From NCBI GenBank assembly GCA_043228905.1, contig JBHGNT010001408.1:1-8886 (forward strand): a DNA stretch of 8,886 bases. The letters run 5' to 3'. Position numbers and translations under genes: made by a program. Position 1 is the stretch's first letter. The number at the start of each line of letters is the position of its first letter. This stretch comes from Azolla caroliniana (lineage: Eukaryota > Plantae > Polypodiophyta). Below the pieces are notes generated by a model. It was not told the origin of the DNA, did not search any database, and worked only from the letters and a program-made list of their open reading frames with translations. Below, one piece after another: positions 6,296 through 8,886 of this stretch.

Positions 6296-8773
6296 CTGCA
6301 TGGTAGAAATAAAGCCTTATTCAGTTAATCATGAAAAATTGCCACAACATGCCTGCATTGTAGCCCTTACCTGTCCAAGGGGTCCTTTCAACATGTCAAA
6401 TGCCTTGTTTGCATTATCACTAGATTTGAAAATCACATTCGTATTGCCAAACTTTGTTTTGGGCCAAGATATTGCCTGTCATTCAAGACTATTATATTAG
6501 TCATGTGCAATCACCAAGGTTAGATTGATGTAAACCTAGGTGTTCTCACCTCAATATCAAAGGTATACTTCTTGGGAATAACCTTTTTCAAGTCCTCCAC
6601 AGACACTCTTTGTGGAATTCTGTGGAAATAAAGCTTGCATAGTTTCTCTTTATCTAACTGTCAAAGTGATTGATTGGGAGCAATCAGAAAAATATTAAAA
6701 ACGCTATAGCGGGTTGTATAAATGAGCTGATATTTTAAACCAACCTCAGTATCTTGAATAACAATACGGCCTTTGAGTCGGTGCTCCAATACATGCAGTA
6801 CAATGCGCATTGGAATTATTGCATCAGTCAAACAGTCATGAGGTGCCCCCTCGTCTCTAAACCTATATCCTAATACTGCCTGCATAGTGAACTCCTTGTT
6901 GAATCTAGATCCTGACTTATTATTCAGATCTTGCTCGATTGATAAGTTTTCATACACATATCTCAGTTTTTGTGCATATATACTTCTTTATTTAGTACCT
7001 AACAAGTCATCAACAGTTGGTTCTGTTAATTATATAATGCAATTTTATCAGTCCTTTTACTTTGCTTTCTAATTGTGAGGATGTGTTATTCTTTCGATCC
7101 CAGAGGCCACCATGAGCTCTTCAAGAATCAAGAACTTGATATTTATTTCATTCTGGCAATCTTTCACTGATGTATTTGAAAATCGTCCTAGATCGACAGG
7201 AATAGCATAACATGAAAGAAAAAGATGATGCATACATGATAATTAAAAGTATGCAGAAAATATGTGTGTGCACATGCACACATCCATTTCAATTCATTGT
7301 CATTTAGAAATGCAGTTTTATTAAAATTGAAGCCTTCTGACAACCATATCATAAGAGAAAACTCATGTAACAGCTTCAATTCCCCAGTGTCAGCTGGAGA
7401 GGATGCAATTGTATGAACTCAAACTGACGGAACCTAGATTTTAACCATCTATAATAAATCATAAAAGTCTTCATAACTTGCAGTTCAGAAAATGTTCATG
7501 ACATACCTCGCAAAGATTGTTAAGACCAGCATTATAAGAGTCAAGTTTGTTCTGGTACTGGAATATGAATGACACGTCAATGACTCTTAAATGATCAATC
7601 TTCAATGCTGCACTTCATCAGTGTGTAGAGAACGGTTTAGAACACTCGGAAATCTTCAGAGTATGTGATTGAAGTATGTAAGTTGGACGGGACAGTTTGT
7701 TACCTCTAAGATCATGGTACAATCGATGGCCCACTAAAATGGTACTTGATGACATCAGTCCCAGTACAGCGTCCTGAAATTAAAGATAACATTTTTCTTT
7801 GTACAGAGAATATATGATCACGTCCCAGTCTGGGATTGGGGGATGTTGTAGTGGGATTGGGCTAAAGTGTCAAGACAGAAGATAACCACTTGCATCATCA
7901 AGTTGACATCCTAGTCAGTTTCAAATTAGCTATTACTTTTTGCATTGTAAACTGTAGATTGATTCATCGGTCAAAATTAGACTTTGTAAGATGTTAGAAT
8001 AACTCCTTCCGTCTAAAAAGAATATTAGTTCTGACATATTTTAGGTTTTGAAATCTCTAATACCTTTCCCCTGATTGATGTCCATAGGACAAGTGCACAT
8101 TTGATTTGACTCATTTGGTCAAATTTGGCACTTCTATGATTTTAGAGTAACTCCTTTCTTCTACAGAGAATGTTAGAGCTTCTTTCTTTATGTCCAAGGG
8201 AACATAAAAACAAAGTCTTTGCTATCAGTTCTTTCCAAATATTAACACATTGATCATATCTGACTCCGAAAGACGATTGTTAACCCTTCTTTGCTAACTC
8301 GACTTTAAAACTGTGGTATACCACAGAAAGAATCTCTTTTCTCTGACAAAATGTTTGACACTGCAGTTTTTTAAACTATGCATTTGATCTTTGTCATGGT
8401 AGTGTGGGGGTGAAGGGTACAAGATTATAAAAGCTTACCTGTGCATCAACCAAATTTGAAGCGACATTCTGCAAATCTGCTTCAGATATTCCAGTAACAG
8501 GGGTCAAATAATCTACCACCAATTTTCCTGGCTTTACAAGCATGTCTAGAATCACCTGTTAGAGGTTAACTGTCAATTGCCCACACCATTTTAAATGCAT
8601 GGAACAATAACATGAGTGTTCGGATTTTTCACCTTGCAATCACTATTCACAATGCTGACACGCACTACCTCCTTCAGTCCACCTTCACAAACAACCATCT
8701 CGCAATTGATAGAGAGTATATGCTCTGGCTTAGTTGAATTATTTTCTTTGGTTTGTTCTGTCATGACCCATCC
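5981..8773 (-). CDS. SDN: Small RNA degrading nuclease (SDN)-family DEDDh/REX1-like 3'-5' exonuclease, 5'-partial. Join of 8773-8633, 8555-8439, 7773-7704, 7607-7507, 6879-6745, 6657-6550, 6475-6371, 6295-5981
   Basis: The spliced frame is open over 1092 nt (363 aa + TGA) and all seven internal introns are GT-AG with matching phases. Motifs NCEMVVCEGG, VKP..VVDYLT.VTGI, TILVGH.L..DL, LKIDH.RVID, LNNLC, HDCLTDA, an RRM-like domain (KLYFHRIP...VIFKSSDNANKAF...DSYGRLQK...VRKM) and a C-terminal coiled-coil-like tail match the plant SDN1/2/3 architecture. The paralog number cannot be assigned. Confidence 0.92.
6371..6475 (-). CDS. SDN: SDN-like exon, RRM-like domain (AISWPKTKFGNTNVIFKSSDNANKAFDMLKGPLGQ)
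   Basis: Acceptor TGACAG, donor CAG|GTAAGG, 105 nt, phase 0->0. Confidence 0.9.
6550..6657 (-). CDS. SDN: SDN-like exon, RRM-like domain start (LDKEKLCKLYFHRIPQRVSVEDLKKVIPKKYTFDIE)
   Basis: Acceptor TTGACAG, donor GAG|GTGAGA, 108 nt, phase 0->0. Confidence 0.9.
6745..6879 (-). CDS. SDN: SDN-like exon with the Exo III motif (AVLGYRFRDEGAPHDCLTDAIIPMRIVLHVLEHRLKGRIVIQDTE)
   Basis: Acceptor ATGCAG, donor GAG|GTTGGT, 135 nt, phase 0->0. Confidence 0.9.
7507..7607 (-). CDS. SDN: SDN-like exon (LKIDHLRVIDVSFIFQYQNKLDSYNAGLNNLCE)
   Basis: Acceptor GTGCAG, donor GAG|GTATGT, 101 nt, phase 1->0. Confidence 0.92.
7704..7773 (-). CDS. SDN: SDN-like exon with the Exo II motif (DAVLGLMSSSTILVGHRLYHDLR)
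   Basis: Acceptor TTTCAG, donor G|GTAACA, 70 nt, phase 0->1. Confidence 0.92.
7957..8176. repeat. Degenerate direct repeat pair (7957-8028 and 8103-8176) in an SDN intron
   Basis: Shared blocks: TTGA(T/C)TCAT, GGTCAAA, TTAGA(A/G)TAACTCCTT, TCTA, AGAAT(A/G)TTAG. Confidence 0.7.
8439..8555 (-). CDS. SDN: SDN-like exon (VILDMLVKPGKLVVDYLTPVTGISEADLQNVASNLVDAQ)
   Basis: Acceptor CTAACAG, donor CAG|GTAAGC, 117 nt, phase 0->0. Confidence 0.93.
8633..8773 (-). CDS. SDN: SDN-like exon with the Exo I motif (GWVMTEQ...LSINCEMVVCEGGLKEVVRVSIVNSDCK)
   Basis: 141 nt, donor AAG|GTGAAA. The acceptor is read as TTGTGAAG (AAG type, less common), so the 5' boundary is less certain. Confidence 0.85.
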
Positions 8774-8886
8774 CTTCACAAGCCAATAAACGCATGTAAG
8801 TATTCATGGAAATACAATAATTATTTGGAAGAGATAAGTGCATGTTTAGCTCAAAGAAAATTTTAAGCTGTACTGGTGAGTTGTTG

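Noticed and set aside
6186-7379. ORFs 6186-6500 (+), 6887-7072 (+) and 7188-7379 (-)
   Set aside because: Antisense to SDN exons or intronic. The SDN frame is complete without them.
8705-8707. A-to-I editing restoring AAT to GAT (Asp)
   Set aside because: Chemically possible, but such mRNA recoding is not established for plant nuclear transcripts and nothing in the sequence supports it. A cDNA-versus-genome comparison would settle it.
101-8773. Functional link between the adjacent SDN-like and MTP6-like genes
   Set aside because: Adjacency in a eukaryotic genome is not evidence of a shared pathway. Conserved synteny plus co-expression would be needed.

Overview
Eukaryotic (land-plant-like) nuclear DNA with two intron-rich genes in tandem on the minus strand, both cut by the window edges. 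(1) 101-4522: seven coding exons (439 codons) of a cation diffusion facilitator of the plant MTP6/MTPc1 group. Its C-terminal exons lie beyond position 1. It has a GC-AG intron, a long Ser/Arg-rich N-terminus, and an 817-bp non-autonomous hAT-like element in intron 4 (11-bp TIRs, 8-bp TSD, four internal ~150-bp tandem units). (2) 5981-8773: the last eight coding exons (363 aa) of a SMALL RNA DEGRADING NUCLEASE (SDN)-family DEDDh exonuclease, whose first catalytic Asp is replaced by Asn (DCE->NCE). The MTP 5' leader has competing splice donors that would include or remove a uORF whose stop codon overlaps the main AUG. Exon boundaries were read by hand from splice signals, phase continuity and recalled family motifs. 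No searches were run. Most ORFs in the supplied track are exon fragments or spurious.
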